A DNA stretch of 64,000 nucleotides from Octopus vulgaris (GCA_951406725.2 OX597834.1:31682001-31746000); one strand, 5' to 3'. Shown: positions 27,880 through 43,015, counted from the first letter of the stretch. Numbers and translations: made by a program. Notes: generated from the letters alone by a model not told the origin.

Positions 27880-29112
27880 TGCACCTTTTCAAATATCCAG
27901 TGTCGTTCTTTTGGAACACCTTCTGCTGTCTCACCTCACCTCACCTCCCCATCCCATCTCCTCCCTCCATCCCTCCCTCCCTCCCTCCCTGCTGATGCTG
28001 CACCTCTCACTTATGCTGCACACCTTGTATTAATATTAAATTTTGCATCGCACACCACCACACTCGCACACATGCATATGTACACACAAACACACGCGCA
28101 CACACACACATGCACATGGACACAAATACAGAGACGTACAGACATATGTGCACATACATACACACATGCACACACACACACACACACCAAACATATGCCG
28201 TGCTATCATCAGTTCCTTCCACGACCACTCCCATCACCACTACCACTTCTACCACTGCCACTGCCACCACCATCACCACTATCACCACCATCACCACCAC
28301 CACAACCACCATCATCACCACCATCACCACAACCACCTCTACCACTGCCATCACCATCACACAGTAGAAGCCACCATCACCACCACCACCATCACTACCA
28401 CCACCACCACCATCACTATCACCACGACCACCATCACCACCACCATCACCACGACCACTCCCATCACCACTACCACCTCTACCACTGCCATCACCATCAC
28501 ACAGTAGAAGCCACCATCACAACCACCACCACCACCATCACCACCACCATCACCACCACCAATACCACCATCACCACCACTACTGCCATCAATACAGCTT
28601 TTGTTTCCACCGCCGCCATCACCATCAACACAGCTCTTATTGCCATCACCACCACACCACAAAAGCCACCACCATCAGCATAGTTCTCGTCTCCACCTCC
28701 ACCGTCATCACCATCAACCCAGCTCCCATCTCCACCACCTTCGTCACCACATGGAAAAAGCCCCCTTCACGGCCACTGCCCTCAACACAGCTCTTGTCTT
28801 CATCACTATGCCCACCACATGGGAAAAGCCACTCCAACCATTAACCATTTACAAAACAACAGTTGCCACTATCACAACCAAACGCTACCACTGTGAACAC
28901 TATCTCCACCCCCGCCACCCTCATTACTAGTAACAACATCACTAGCACTGTCACCACCACCACCACCAACATCAACAACAACACTGCACTGCAACTGCGA
29001 TCCACCATCATTGCCACAACCACCACCACCACCAACACCTTAAACAGCATCCCCAACATTAATAACTTCACCACTTTCTCCGCCATCACCATCAGTATAC
29101 TGTCCCTGCTAA

Positions 29113-29267
29113 CATGTGGTAAGAAGTTTGCTTCCCAACCACATGGTTCAGGGTTCAGTCCCACTGTGTGGCACCTTGGGCAAGTGTCTTCTACTATAGT
29201 CTTAGGCTGACCAAAGTCTTGTGAGTAGATTTGGTAGAAGGAAACTGAAAGAAGCACTTCTTATTTA

Positions 29268-29298
<31 letters not shown>

Positions 29299-29330
29299 TG
29301 TATGTATGTATGTATGTGTGTATGTATGTA

Positions 29331-29363
<33 letters not shown>

Positions 29364-29670
29364 GTGTGTATGTATGTATGTATGTGTGTGTATGTATGTA
29401 TGTGTGTATGTATGTGTGTGTGTGTGTATATGTAAGTATGTATGTATGTATTTGTGTGTTTGTCTGCCCCCACCATCGCTTGACAACCGATGTTGGTGTG
29501 TTTACATCCCTGTAACTTAGCGGTTCAGTAAAAGACCGATATAATAAGTACTAGGCTTACAAATAATAAGTCCTGGGTCGATTTGTTCGACTAAAGGCAG
29601 TACTCCAGCATGGCTGCGGTCAAATGACTGAAACAAGTAAAAGAATAAAAAAATAAAAAAATAAAAGAAT
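29113..29670 (+). mobile_element. tRNA-SINE family A with an expanded internal (TATG/TG)n
   Basis: Family A head and tail. Confidence 0.85.
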
Positions 29671-30040
29671 AACTGTATAGCACTCATTTCTAGATGAACA
29701 CCATTGTATCATTAGCAGTCCCTGTGAAATAGCAGCCAACTCTCCCTCAAATTACATCCTACTGTCCTGAATAATATAATTCTGGAAAAAAAAATGACTC
29801 CAGCTAGAACACATTTGGTCAACAGCAGCAACAACTATAAAAACACCATCACAACAACTTTGCTCTATCCACCATTCCAAGGCACATGAACAAGACAGGG
29901 GCGCTCAGTACATATTGTGAAGGATATGGTTATTTTGTCTATTAGGAGTTTCATGTCAAAGTGATCTTCAGGCGACATTGGGATGTCCTCACCTGAAGAT
30001 TGCAGTGACATGAAACTCAAGTCAGAAATGTTTTTTTATA

Positions 30041-30084
<44 letters not shown>

Positions 30085-30762
30085 ACGCATATATATATCT
30101 TTGTGTATGTATGTAAATAACAGAGAAACAAATTGATTTGAAATGTTGTCACAATTGTTTTACGTCAGGAAACTTTATTTTGACGCAAACATAATACCAT
30201 TTTTCAGATGATGCAATGCAATAAGCAATCCTGATGATCATTTAAAACCAAGTGATTTAATGACTTGTTGAGTAATCAATTGATCTTCTCTATATATTAC
30301 ATACATACATACATACATACATATACACCCATATATACATATTATATATATGTTTCTGTATGTGTATATATCGTATATATGTATATGCATGTATATACAT
30401 ATATAGATATGCATATACATATATATGCACATATATATAAATACCTATATACAAACATATGCACATATATATATGTGTATGTATATATATGTGTGTGTGT
30501 ACTTATATATTGATATTTAAATGGCTAAGTGTTTAGAGAGTTATGGAGTAGAAAATTTTATAAAAATATGTTAAAATAAATTGAACTATTTGAGTTCATA
30601 TGTATGTATGTATGCATGTATATATATATATATACATCTGTATGCGAAGCTCTGTGCACATCTGAAGAAGCATTGTACAATGAAGTTGGTTGGATAAGGT
30701 GTATAAAGGTATGTGGACATGTTCATACACAAATGTGTATTTATATACATATATACATGCAC

Positions 30763-30808
<46 letters not shown>

Positions 30809-31023
30809 GTCTATCTGTCTGTCTATCTATCTATATATATATGTGTGTATGTATATATATCGATATATATATATATATGTATATGTATGTATACTTATTT
30901 AAAAGCAACATCTGCAGCTTTTAAATAAAGCTTATTACTCTACCTCTGGTACTTGAGTACTCTTTTTTCCACCTTGTTTCACATTTATGTGCTTACTCCG
31001 GTATATATATGTATGTATATATG

Positions 31024-31114
<91 letters not shown>

Positions 31115-31119
<5 letters not shown>

Positions 31120-31316
31120 TAATCCAAACATGAAAGCACAAAAAAACACAACAACGCGAGGACGTGGAACAAATATAGTATTATTGGACACTCAGGAAAG
31201 AAGGGAAGAAGGAGGGTTTTACGTTTCGAGCAGAGCTCTTTGTCGGAAACATAGGAGAAGGAAAGATCCAGAGAGGGGAAGACAGAGAGAAAAGAATCAC
31301 CAACGGTACACACGTG

Positions 31317-31318
<2 letters not shown>
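31115..31318 (-). mobile_element. ~200-bp PLE-terminal-repeat-like element in (AT)n with a decayed hammerhead (31216-31250)
   Basis: Homologous to 57430-57610. Minus strand reads GTTT-CCGACAA-a-GAGC-tct-GCTC-GAAAC-GTA-AAAC. Confidence 0.7.
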
Positions 31319-31353
<35 letters not shown>

Positions 31354-31431
31354 CAATGGACTCTCCTGTTGAAGACATTGCATGAGAGTTCAGTGAGGAG
31401 GCAAAAATACTGATATATATATTATAAAATA

Positions 31432-31469
<38 letters not shown>

Positions 31470-31653
31470 CGTGTGTGTGTGTGTGTGTGTTTATATATGT
31501 GTATGTGTGTAGTTATTTGGTTGGGTGAATGTGTTAAGCAGTGTGTTATGCTCTGACAGAATAGCAAAAAAAAACCCAACCCTCCACCACACACACACAC
31601 ACACACATGGCACCATCAAGTATTATTATTAAAGAATTATTCACAGTTATGCT

Positions 31654-31667
31654 GTTACCGTAGCAAC
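31654..31667. promoter_or_regulatory. RFX X-box-like motif
   Basis: GTTACCGTAGCAAC fits the GTNRCN-x-RGYAAC consensus. Confidence 0.35.
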
Positions 31668-31917
31668 AACTCCTTCTTTTGCCTTCATGTTCCTTCTCTT
31701 TTCTTCTTAATTTTTTCTTTACTCTTTTTCATTTATTTCTTCACCTCTTCTTTCTCAATTCATCTTAAGTTTTACCCTCTCCTGTTTCTCATTCACCTCC
31801 ACCACCTCCTCCTTCACCCCCACTACCTTCTTCTTTTTTCTTCTTCTTTTTCTTCTTCTCTTCCTCCTCCTCCTCCTCCTCATCATCATCATCATCATCA
31901 TCATCCTTCTTCTTCCA

Positions 31918-32811
31918 AGCCGGAAACTACAGCCTTGAAGATGAGCCTCATCCTGTAAGATCTGTAGCGCTTGATGAGGACGTCCTGCAAACCCATCGTA
32001 ACTGTTGAAGAACTAGCAGAGAAGCTTGGATTTGGTCTTTCAACCATTCATCGACACCTGTGTGCCATCGAAAAAGTCAGCAAATTGGGTCACTAAGTTC
32101 CTCATAAACTTTTCGAGTCTAATCACGTGCAGAGAGTGAATGTGTGCTCTTTTTTGCTGCCATGTCTCATGAATGAACCTTTTTGGGGTCGAATAGTGAC
32201 TGGTGACAAGAAATGGGTTCTCTTTAAAAATGTCAAGCGCCAAAGACAATGGATAGGGAAAGGAGAAACACCAGCACCCCAAGCTAGTAAAAGGTTTTCA
32301 CTGACATAAGGTGTTGTTATCTGTTTGATGGGATATGAAAGGCTTATTCCACTTTGAACTTCTAAACCCAAATCAAATGATAATAAAGGGGATCTATTGC
32401 AAACAGCTTGAGCAGCTTAAGTCAGTGCTAGAAGAAAAACGACCCTCTTTGGTTTCAAGACAAAAGGTGTTCTTCCATCAGGATAATGATTGGCCACATA
32501 CAGCAAGGATGACATTCCAAAGGCTGGAGCAGTTTCAATGAGAAACGAACCCCCGTACACCATATTCACCAGACATTGACCCATCTGATTATCATTTATT
32601 CTGTAGACGAGGTCAGAACAGTAGTGGAGGAGTATTTTTCATGATGGACAAGGGAATTTTGGAAGAGGGGCCTTGCAAATCTACCAGATAGATGGAAGAG
32701 CATTGTAGAAAATGTAGAAATGAATGTAGATTAAAAAAGAACTTTGTTTATCTTAATTTTGAAAAATAAAAGAAGTGTAAAAAACTGCATTATTTATGGG
32801 ATGACCCTATA
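31918..32811 (+). mobile_element. Mariner transposon fossil (5'-truncated transposase pseudogene plus right TIR)
   Basis: SLEDEPHP, VEELAEKLG..STIHRHL, *VPHKL (WVPHEL), RIVTGDKKWV, FHQDNDWPH and PYSPDIDPSDYHLF motifs; right end ...tgcattatttatgggatgacccta|TA. Confidence 0.9.
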
Positions 32812-32870
32812 TTTTAGAACACACACAACTATATATAAACGCATACATATGCTTGTTTGTTTGTGTGTGT

Positions 32871-32933
<63 letters not shown>

Positions 32934-34063
32934 GGTCTCTCATCATCTGAATGTTTGTATCCTATAACTTAGCAGTACAGTAAAAAAGATTGATGGAATA
33001 AGTAGTGGACTTAAAATAGGTATTAGGGTTCTTTTAATTGACTAAAACTTTGAGGTGGTGCACCAGCATGGCCACAGTGCAATGACTGGAACAAGTAAGA
33101 CAATAAAAGTGTACATAGATGTATACTTACATATACATGCACATATATATACACACATACATATATATACACACACAGGCTGTTTTGTATAAATACTTTT
33201 CACACATTTATTCATATACCTGCTCACCTGTACACATTCACACATCTCTCTCTCTCACTCTCTCTTCACACACAGACACATGCACACACACACACACACA
33301 TGCACACACACACATACACACGTACACATACACATGCATGCACTTACCTACACACATATACCTATATATGCAGCGCATACATACACATACACTCACAAAC
33401 ACATGCATGCACACACCTACACATACATACACACATATACCTATATACATATACACATATACACATACAAACACGCACACTTATATGTACAGTACACACA
33501 TACATAAATACACACATACAAACATATACACATACATACACACACTCACACACACATAGATACATAATACACACATACTACATATACTCACACATGCACA
33601 TACATACATACATACACCTATAGACACATCCACACATACATATATATATATACATTGAGAGGAAGAGAGAGAAAGAAGATATAGATACATACATACACAT
33701 GCAGACGCACACACACACACACACACACACATATCCATGTGCACACCAGCACCTCTCTGTAGACAGACATTCTGACTTCCATTCCGGTAAAGGTTACTGC
33801 CATGTCACCATAGACTCTTGTCATGTCTTTGGTAAATGGAAGCATTCAGGCACAAATATTCCAAGTGGCCTGCAGATATCTCCTGACATTTCACTACATA
33901 TATTCTGGCACCTTCTCTGCAAGTCAGACACACACACACGCACAGACACACACACACACACACACACGTACATGCACACACACATACACACATGTACACA
34001 CACACAATACACACACACACACAAACACACACACACACGTACATGCACACACACACATACAAT

Positions 34064-34095
<32 letters not shown>

Positions 34096-35039
34096 GCACA
34101 CATCCACACACACACACATATATAGATACACACATACATACATGCACACCACATAGAGAAACACGCATAAACACATACAGACATACATACACATACATGT
34201 ACATACACACTCGTGTATACTGACAAATGTACACGCAGTCACGCATACTTAGGTTTATGTAAAATATATGTATGCACATAAATACATACATATGTACACA
34301 CATGCGTTTATATAGAATATACATATGTATACACATACATGCCTCACATATTCTGGCCTCAATGTACACACACATTAACATACATAGACTTGACATGCAC
34401 ACACACATACACACACATACTTAAATGCACACACATACACTCACACAGACACACACATAGATGTACACACACCCACACGCACACATGTGTGCACGCACGC
34501 ACACACACATACACACACATTTACATAAAAATATACACATAAATACACACAAACACACACATAGGCCTGGAGCATGCACACATATACACATACACACGTT
34601 AATATAAAAATATACAAATGCACACACACACACAGAGACAGAGTTACACATGCACACACACAGTTACACACACATACACACACACACACACATGCACTCA
34701 CATGCCCAGAGAGACATGTACAAACATGCATATACATATAGTGTGGGCCAAAAGTCATGCACCAACATTAAAACTTGTACGTAATGAACAAAGAGAATAA
34801 TGATGATAATAAAAATAATAATAATAATGATAATTTCAGATTTTGCCACAAGGTCAGCAATTTTGGGTGAGAGGTTGAGTCAATTACATCGACCCCAGTA
34901 CTCAACTGGTATTCATTCCATTAACCCTGAAAGAGTGAAATGCAAAGTTGACTGCAGCAGAATTTGAACTCAGAACGTATATTGATGGACAAAATACTGC
35001 TATGCATTTTTTTAACAATTCTGCCAGCTCACTGCCTTA

Positions 35040-35264
35040 GGGACCTTTTGAGCGGGATGAGCTACTCAACCTGAAGAAAATTCTAACTGGGCCCCACCTG
35101 CAAGGTCATGTGCTGTTTATCTTGATATGAGATCACCATGTCGCGCACATATGGTTGTGATGCATGTGCCTGGTGTACCCTTATCAGACGGGTAGTCATG
35201 ATGGGTATATTGGGCTTCGTATATTTTACCCCAGTGTCACTTTGATGGCATGCACTGCTCTCTC

Positions 35265-35303
<39 letters not shown>
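35040..35303 (+). mobile_element. Probable LINE 3'-UTR fragment ending in (AAT)n
   Basis: GC-richer block terminating in ctctctc(aat)n, abutting SINE fragments. Family not established. Confidence 0.35.
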
Positions 35304-35305
<2 letters not shown>

Positions 35306-36681
35306 GCCTTGTGAGTGGATTTGGTAGACGGAAACTGAAAGAAGCCCATTGTTTATATACATGTCTGTGTGTGTGTATGTGTAAGTGTGTGTGTATGTGT
35401 GTGTGTGTGTCTATGTCTGTCCCACCCCATACAATACTTGGCAACCGCTGTTGGTGTGCTTATGTCCCATAACTAAGCAGTTTGGCAAAAGAAAGTACCA
35501 GGTTTTAAAAAAATAAATACTGGGGTTGATTCATTTGATAAATTTTCTTCAAAGTGGTGCCCCAGCATGGCCACAGACCAAAGCAAGTAAAAACTAAAGC
35601 TATATATATATATATATGACAGGCTTCTTTCAGTTTCCATCTACCAAATCCACTATTTCACTCTCTTTCTCTTTCTTTCTCCTCATCTTTTATGTAAAAC
35701 TACCACCCCACCCCACCCCCCTCACACACTCACAGAAATTGTAAACTGTCCTTGTGATGGCCTCCTCATCTGATGCACCTTTGGCAAATAGCAGAAATTA
35801 CATCATCATCATCATCATCATCAACATCGTCCTCGCCATCATCATCATTATCATCATCCTCATCATCTTAATCATCATCATCATCATCAACATCGTCCTC
35901 GCCATCATCATCATTATCATCATCCTCATCATCTTAATCATCATCGTCAGCATCGTCCTCACCATCATCATCATCATTATTGTTGCTGTTGTCTTCATCT
36001 TCCTCCTCCTTCTCATCATTATCATCCTCATCATCCTACTCCTCCTCATCATCATTATTATCATCATCATCATCATCATCATCATCATATATCATCATCA
36101 TCATTATTGTTGTTGTCGTCTTCATCATCATCCTCCCCCTCATTATCATCATCATCATCATCCTCATCATTATTATCATCATCATCATCATCCTCATCCT
36201 CCTCATTATCATCATCATCATCATCCTCATCATTATTATCATCATCATCGTCATCATCATCGTCATCCTCCTCCTCATCATCATCATCATCATCATCATC
36301 GTCATCATCATATATCATCATCATCATTATTGTTGTCGTCGTCTTCATCCTCCTCCTCCTCTTCCTCCTCATCATCATCGTCCTCATCCTCATCCTCATC
36401 GTCGACATCATCCTTCCTCCATGTATATTTCATTTGTAAAACAGTTTCAGAAAGAACAAACAAACAAACAAATGCAAAGGAAAAAAAAATACGCAGAAAA
36501 CATTTTTAGAATTTTCAAATTTCCGTGAAATACTTGAAAATTAATTTGTTTTTGATTAAATATATATTTAGATGCGTGCGTGTGTATATGTATGTGCATA
36601 CATGGTAATGCATGGCTGTATGTGTGCGTTTAAATATATGTCTATGCATGTATATATAAATGTGTCTATATATGTATACGG

Positions 36682-36762
<81 letters not shown>

Positions 36763-36770
36763 CATATGTA

Positions 36771-36886
<116 letters not shown>

Positions 36887-36889
36887 TAC

Positions 36890-36928
<39 letters not shown>

Positions 36929-38123
36929 GATATATATATAAATGTATGTGTATATATATATATATATATGCACTCATATACACATATATGTGTGTGTGCA
37001 TGCACGCATATAAATATGTATATTTTTTACACATATACATATCTACATATCTATAAATATATACACACACACACATCCACACATAATCATAGATATTTAG
37101 ACGTATAAATTATTTTTTTTTAATTAAGTGCTCAAAGTAATGCGTTTGATAATGTCATAACGTTCCTCCGTTGTTTTGTCTTTTAAATTTTGGCTTTTCT
37201 TTTTTGTGGTTCTTGTTCCAGTTTGTTGTTGTTGTTTTTGTTGTTGGCAGTGGTGGTGGCGGTGGCGGCGGTGGCGGCAGTGGTGGTGGTGGGGGGCTGT
37301 GGCAGCGGCGGTGGCAGTGGTGGTGGTGGTGGTGGAGCTGCTGGTGGTGGTGGTGGTGGTGGTGGTGGAGCTGGTGGTGGTGGTGGTGGTGGTGGTGGAG
37401 CTGGTGGTGGTGGTGATAGTGGTGATGGTGGTGGTGGTGGTAAGGTGTTCGAGTGTTGGCCCAAAACAAAAAAGAATAAGCAACATTACTTCCCATTCTT
37501 TACATTCTGAGATCAAACCTCACTAAGGCCAACTTTGCCTTTCATTCTTTCAACGGTGATAAAATCAAAGTACATCTGGCCTCTCCAACAAGGGACATGT
37601 CTTGTCTGGAAAAGGGTCTTTACATTAAAGAATGGAACATACAATTTCCTGTAATTCAGACCACCTCATGGCCACAACAGAAAAAATGGAAAAGGCGTTG
37701 CCCCAGAGGGTTGCAAAGGTGATACACTGAAACAGCCACTCTGACTCACAGGGCTCAAACTTGCAGATTCCAAGAAAGTTCTGGGGTCAATGGTATTAAC
37801 TCCTTACTTCCGTATCATGCATTTAAGAACGTAAATGTATTCCCTAATTTGATTCTTCCATTATGCTGCTGAATTTCATGACTTCTGCTATTATCTGTTA
37901 CTAAATTTCATGGCATATAAAACTTACTTTCTTTCCGAAGGCTCACCCTGGGTCCCATACGCAAAGTTGGGCTAAAAACATTTTTACATGGTTTGGCTGT
38001 ATGATAAGAAGCTTGCTTCCCAACCACATGATTCCAGGTTCAAATCCCACCGCATGGCACCTTGGGCATCCGTCTTCTACTATAGCCTTGGGCTGACCAA
38101 AGCCCTGCGAGTGGATTATATAG

Positions 38124-38343
38124 GGCAGAACCGTTAGCACGCCGGGCAAAATGCGTAGCTGTATTTCGTCTGCCGTTACGTTCTGAGTTCAAATTCCGCC
38201 GAGGTCGACTTTGCCTTTCATCCTTTCGGGGTCGATAAATTAAGTACCAGTTAAACACTGGTGTCGATGTAATCGTCTTAATCCGTTTGTCTGTCCTTGT
38301 TTGTCCCCTCTGTGTATAGCCCCTTGTGGGTAATAAAGAAACA
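38124..38343 (+). mobile_element. Young tRNA-SINE family C copy inserted into a family A SINE (~37990-38590)
   Basis: CpG-rich intact body ...gttctgagttcaaattccgccgaggtcgactttgcctttcatcctttcggggtcgataaattaagtaccag; TSD TATATAG (38117-38123 / 38344-38350). Older copies lie near 13305, 23330, 23960, 34835, 37450, 38835, 39170 and 57030. Confidence 0.85.
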
Positions 38344-39384
38344 TATATAGACAGAAACTGAAAGAAGACCAGTGTGTGTGTGTGTGTGTGTATGTGTGTG
38401 TGTGTGCATGTGTAGTAAGATGTTTGTTTCCCTTATACATGATTCTGGGTTCAGCAAAAGAGGCTGATGGAATAAGTACCAGGCTTGAAAAGATAAGTAC
38501 TGGGATCAATTCATTCAACTAAAAACTTTTCAGGGCAGTGGTGCTACAGCATGGCCACAGTCTAATGACTGAAACAAGCCAAAGATAAAAAACGTCCTGC
38601 TGAAATTGGGCTGCACCTAATGCCCCCCGTATGTCTTTTATGCCACCGAGTACGGTGTGTATAAATAAGCATATCAAACGAGCTTTTTTGTTACAAAATG
38701 TCTCATAAAATTACTCTGGGCCCTATTTGCGAAGCTGGTCCTATGTTCCATGTTTTTATGTACTAAAACCCTTTTCTCCTGACTATGCACAACCAAAATT
38801 GTGGTGGGACAGACGTGCCATCAAATGCAGTAAATATTCTTTTCTACTCTAGGCACAGGCCTGAAATTGGTGGGGTGGGGCCCAGTCAATTAGAACAACT
38901 CCAGTACACAACTGGTACTTAATTTATTGACCCTGAAAGGATGAAAAGCAAAGTCAACCACAGCAGAATTTGAACTCAGAATGTAAAGACTGATGAAGTA
39001 CCACTAAGCATTTCGCCCGGTGTGCTAACATTTCTGCCAGCTTGCCACCTTCGAAAATGCAGTAAATATTAACGCACATACATTAATTAAATACTCATTA
39101 ATTAAATGTCACTAAGTTCTTTGCCCGGCTTCCTAACAATTCTGCCAGCTCCCCATCTTTCATTCATTAAATATTGACTTCAAATTTTGGCACAAGGCCA
39201 GCAATTTTGGGGAGGGGGTGAGTCAATTGGTCAGTTAAATTGACCCCAGTGCTCAACCGGGACTTATTTTACTGACCCTGACAGAATAAATGGTAAAGTC
39301 AACCTTGGCAGAATTTGAATTCTGAAGATGGACAAAATACTGCTAAATATTTCACTCAGCATTTATTAAAAAAATTTTTTTTTT

Positions 39385-39589
39385 ATTTTACTTGTTTCAG
39401 TCATTTGACTGCGGCCATGCTGGAGCACCGCCTTTAGTCGAGCAAATCGACCCCGAGACTTATTCTTTGTAAGCCCAGTACTTATTCTATCGGTCTCTTT
39501 TGCTGAACTGCTAAGTGACGGGGACGTAAACACACCAGCATCGGTTGTCAAGCAATGCTAGGGGGACAAACACAGACACACAAACGCAT

Positions 39590-39660
<71 letters not shown>

Positions 39661-39825
39661 TATACGACAGGCTTCTTTCAGTTTCCGTCTACCAAATACA
39701 CTCACAAGGAATTGGTGGCCCGGGGCTATAGCAGAAGACACTTGCCCAAGATGCCACACAGTGGGACTGAACCCAGAACCATGTGGTTGGTTAGCAAGCT
39801 ACTTATCACACAGCCACTCCTCTGC
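39385..39825 (-). mobile_element. tRNA-SINE family A, full length, ~140 bp upstream of the terminal-exon acceptor
   Basis: Reverse complement of the family A consensus seen elsewhere in the window. Confidence 0.85.
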
Positions 39826-39968
39826 CAGCTTATCATTTTCCATTAATTAAATATCAAAAAGTATCATTAATTCTTAATATATATTAATATTAATTAAATA
39901 CTGTCGTTTCATGTTTTCTTTACTAAATATATATATTTTTTTTTCTTTTTTTGTTTCTATCTTTCCAG

Positions 39969-40720
39969 CGGCACTGCTCAGCTCATTACCTCATTGCTTT
40001 GTTGAAATTGAAGCCGGCTACTGCGATCGTCTTTTCCAGTCATTGGTTCCTGCGATTCTGCCGTTCTCTTCGTGCTTCCCATTTGCTCGGCTACGAGAGA
40101 GCGACGACGGCGACAAGAACCATACGATGGCATCATCGACATCTGCTGAAGAGATGCTGGACCAAAGCAAACCGAACCAGCTCCCTGTACCAGTCCTAGG
40201 AATCACGCTTCAGTTTCAAGGAAGCAACCAACTGCTTGCTGCACGTTCTTTGCAGAGCCTGCCTGAAGTCGGCTGGCAACCCCTCGTGCTGCCGGGGGCC
40301 GTGGCGCGAGTCCTCGACGACGGCTTGCATTATTTCATCCATGAAAGTCTCAACCTGCCCCTCCTGGCCGTGAAAACCGGATGCCCACAGGCTGGTGTAC
40401 AGCTCGTTGTGTTTGTCCAAGAGGAGGCTAATTTTCGCATCATGGAACAGTTTTACGGTAAGCTCTTTGGTGTGAAACCAATAGAGCACGGCAGCCCCGG
40501 CAGCGCCATCTGTACTTCGATTATGCCCCTTTCACCACAGATGGAGTTTGTTTTGGCATTCTACCGTGGTTTGAAAACTCAGTCAATGAAGAAAGCTGCA
40601 CTCTATGTTCATGTGAAGGATGTTTACACCATCCGTGGGATTATCAAGATCTGCACGGATTACTGGCATATAAATGATCCGGAGGGAAATCGTATCGTCA
40701 TCTTCCAGAGTCTCAAGTGA
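39969..40720 (+). CDS. Terminal coding exon encoding a FAM124-family (VOC/glyoxalase-like fold) domain
   Basis: Acceptor ttttgtttctatctttccAG|, GC-rich unique sequence, ~250 open codons ending at TGA 40718-40720. Motifs line up with FAM124A/B as I recall them: FVEIEAGYCDRLFQSL~IHIIADPGESQPLQEAI, PLLAVK~PLWAIR, FRIMEQFYGKLF~YADSLRFYQLIL, ALYVHVKDV~VLEFRVRDI, WHINDPEGNRIVI~WQTEDHDGNKILL. Confidence 0.8.
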
Positions 40721-41120
40721 CACTGAACTGTCTGTTTTTAAGGTATGCGGAGTGATCTCCCCCTTGAAAAAAAAAAAGAAAGACAAAAAAACAAACAAAA
40801 ATAAAAAACAAACTCTTAAGACATTCAATGAAAAAATGAGAGAGAGAGAGAGAGAGAGAAAGAGAAAGAGTGAGCAAAAGAGAGAGAGAAAGAAGAGTGG
40901 AAATGAAGGAATAAAAAAATTTAAAATAAAATAAAATTATATATATATATATATAAATAAATGAAAATTGAAAATTTTAAAAAAAGGGGTCAGACAAGGG
41001 AGGGAGGGAGGGAGGGAAGGACGAAGGAGGAAAAATAAGGGTCCAAAATGCGGACGGGATTGAAAATGGTAAAAAAAAAAATGAAACAAATTTCAAGAAA
41101 TATAGTAAAAAATAAAATAA
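40721..41120 (+). other. Probable 3' UTR with several AATAAA signals
   Basis: A-rich sequence after the stop codon, with AATAAA near 40800, 40909, 40925 and 41111. The cleavage site cannot be determined. Confidence 0.45.
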
Positions 41121-41422
41121 CGAAGTGAGTGAAAGATCTGGGTGTCAACTATTTGTGATGTTACACGTTAAATTCTCTGTATGTACATGAAATATATATA
41201 TATCTATATCTATATATATATATATGTATGTATGAATGTATGTATATATATGTGTGTGTGGGTGTGTGTGCATTTGAATCTGTCTGTGTATATATGTATA
41301 TATATATATATATGTATGTGTGTTTATGCACATAAATATATATGACATATATGTGTGATACTTACAAAAATGTTTATATATACATATATGTACATAAATG
41401 TGTATGTGTATATATGTATATA

Positions 41423-41729
41423 TCACGTCACGTGACCGACCAGGCTAGCAGATGTTGCTACACATCGCTGGTCACAATGCGCTTCGCATTGTTTTAGCCT
41501 TCAAATGACGCCACCCCGCTGGCTAAGCGAGCAGGCCAACAGAAGAAAGAGTGAGAGAGAGTTGTGGCGTAAGAGTACAGCGGGGATCGCCAACACCCCC
41601 TGCCAGAGCCTCGTGGAGCTTTAGGTGTTTTTGCTCAATAAACACTCACAACGCCCAGTCTGGGAATCGAAACCGCGACCCTACGACCGCGTGTCCGCTG
41701 CCCTAACCACTGGGCCATTGCGCCTCCAC
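41423..41729 (-). mobile_element. tRNA-SINE family B head and core with tail type 3
   Basis: Same head and core as the other family B copies, with a third unrelated 3' module (tcacgtgaccgaccaggc...gagcaggccaac). Confidence 0.8.
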
Positions 41730-41761
41730 AACCCATGCTAGCATGGAAAGCGGACGTTAAA

Positions 41762-41822
<61 letters not shown>

Positions 41823-41891
41823 TACATATAATACACACATATATATATGCATATATATATTGAGAGAGAGATAGATATGCACACACATATA

Positions 41892-41958
<67 letters not shown>

Positions 41959-42514
41959 GTATAGAATTATATATATGTATGTATGTACATGATGTAGCCT
42001 TGTGTGTATGTTATGTGTTTTATGGATGCAAGTTGGTATTGTAGAGCATTTCCTGAGCTGTTATGTAACACATCTGTATGTGCATGTGTGTGTGTGTGTG
42101 TGTGCATGTGTGTGTACTGTGTTCTATACGTAACACACCTCGGTGAGTGTAAAACACCTACAAGTTTATGATAGTAGCCTACACATAGAGCATGTGAAGT
42201 GAATGGAACTAAATTCATACATATATGTGTGTGTATATAAAATGCATTACATAAATGTGTGTATGAAGTAATTTCTGTGTGATGCTGCTTATATGAGAAT
42301 GCACACCTCTTAACTATGTAAGTTTGTAAGTATGTGCACGTGTGTGCATGTGTGTGCACGTGTGTGCATGTGTGTGCACGTGTGTGCATGTGTGTATGTG
42401 TGTGGGTTTGGTTATGTTTATGCATGCTTTCCAATGGGACAGAGTGCAAATTTGATAATAAAAATAGAGTCATAGTTTGTGATTTGTGCAATGGTGGGTG
42501 TAAGTGTCTCTGTG

Positions 42515-42560
<46 letters not shown>

Positions 42561-42837
42561 GTTAAATGCAAGGGCAAGAAATAATTGAGTAATTATAGAT
42601 TTTATACAGCAAATCGAGTCAATGAAATGAAGCAGGGTGCGGGGGGTGGGGGGTTTAAGACTGACTTTTGTACGTCTTCAGTGTATTTGTGTGTGTGTGT
42701 GTATCTGTGCTAAGTTAATATCTGGCCCTATTCTTATGTGTACGTACACCAATACACTGTGTGCAAAGAGTGTGTGTATGAATATTATACACACACACAT
42801 GCATGTATATATATATACAGATGTATGCATATCTATA

Positions 42838-42893
<56 letters not shown>

Positions 42894-42983
42894 TCAAAAC
42901 AGTTTGATGCAGACCCCTTGGTACTTTGAGTTTCAAGCATGTGGCTAGTCTTTGGCCATTGGTGTCTGAATCTTGTGTGTGTA

Positions 42984-43015
<32 letters not shown>

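Noticed and set aside
28200-28520. Repeated cacagtagaagccaccatcac blocks (similar higher-order repeats at 35810-35980 and 49200-49560)
   Set aside because: Ordinary slippage duplications within microsatellite fields.
39911-39968. ATG at 39911 as the start of a single-exon 269-aa gene
   Set aside because: The MFSLLNIYIFFSFFVSIF stretch is the intron polypyrimidine tract, and an in-phase upstream exon exists.
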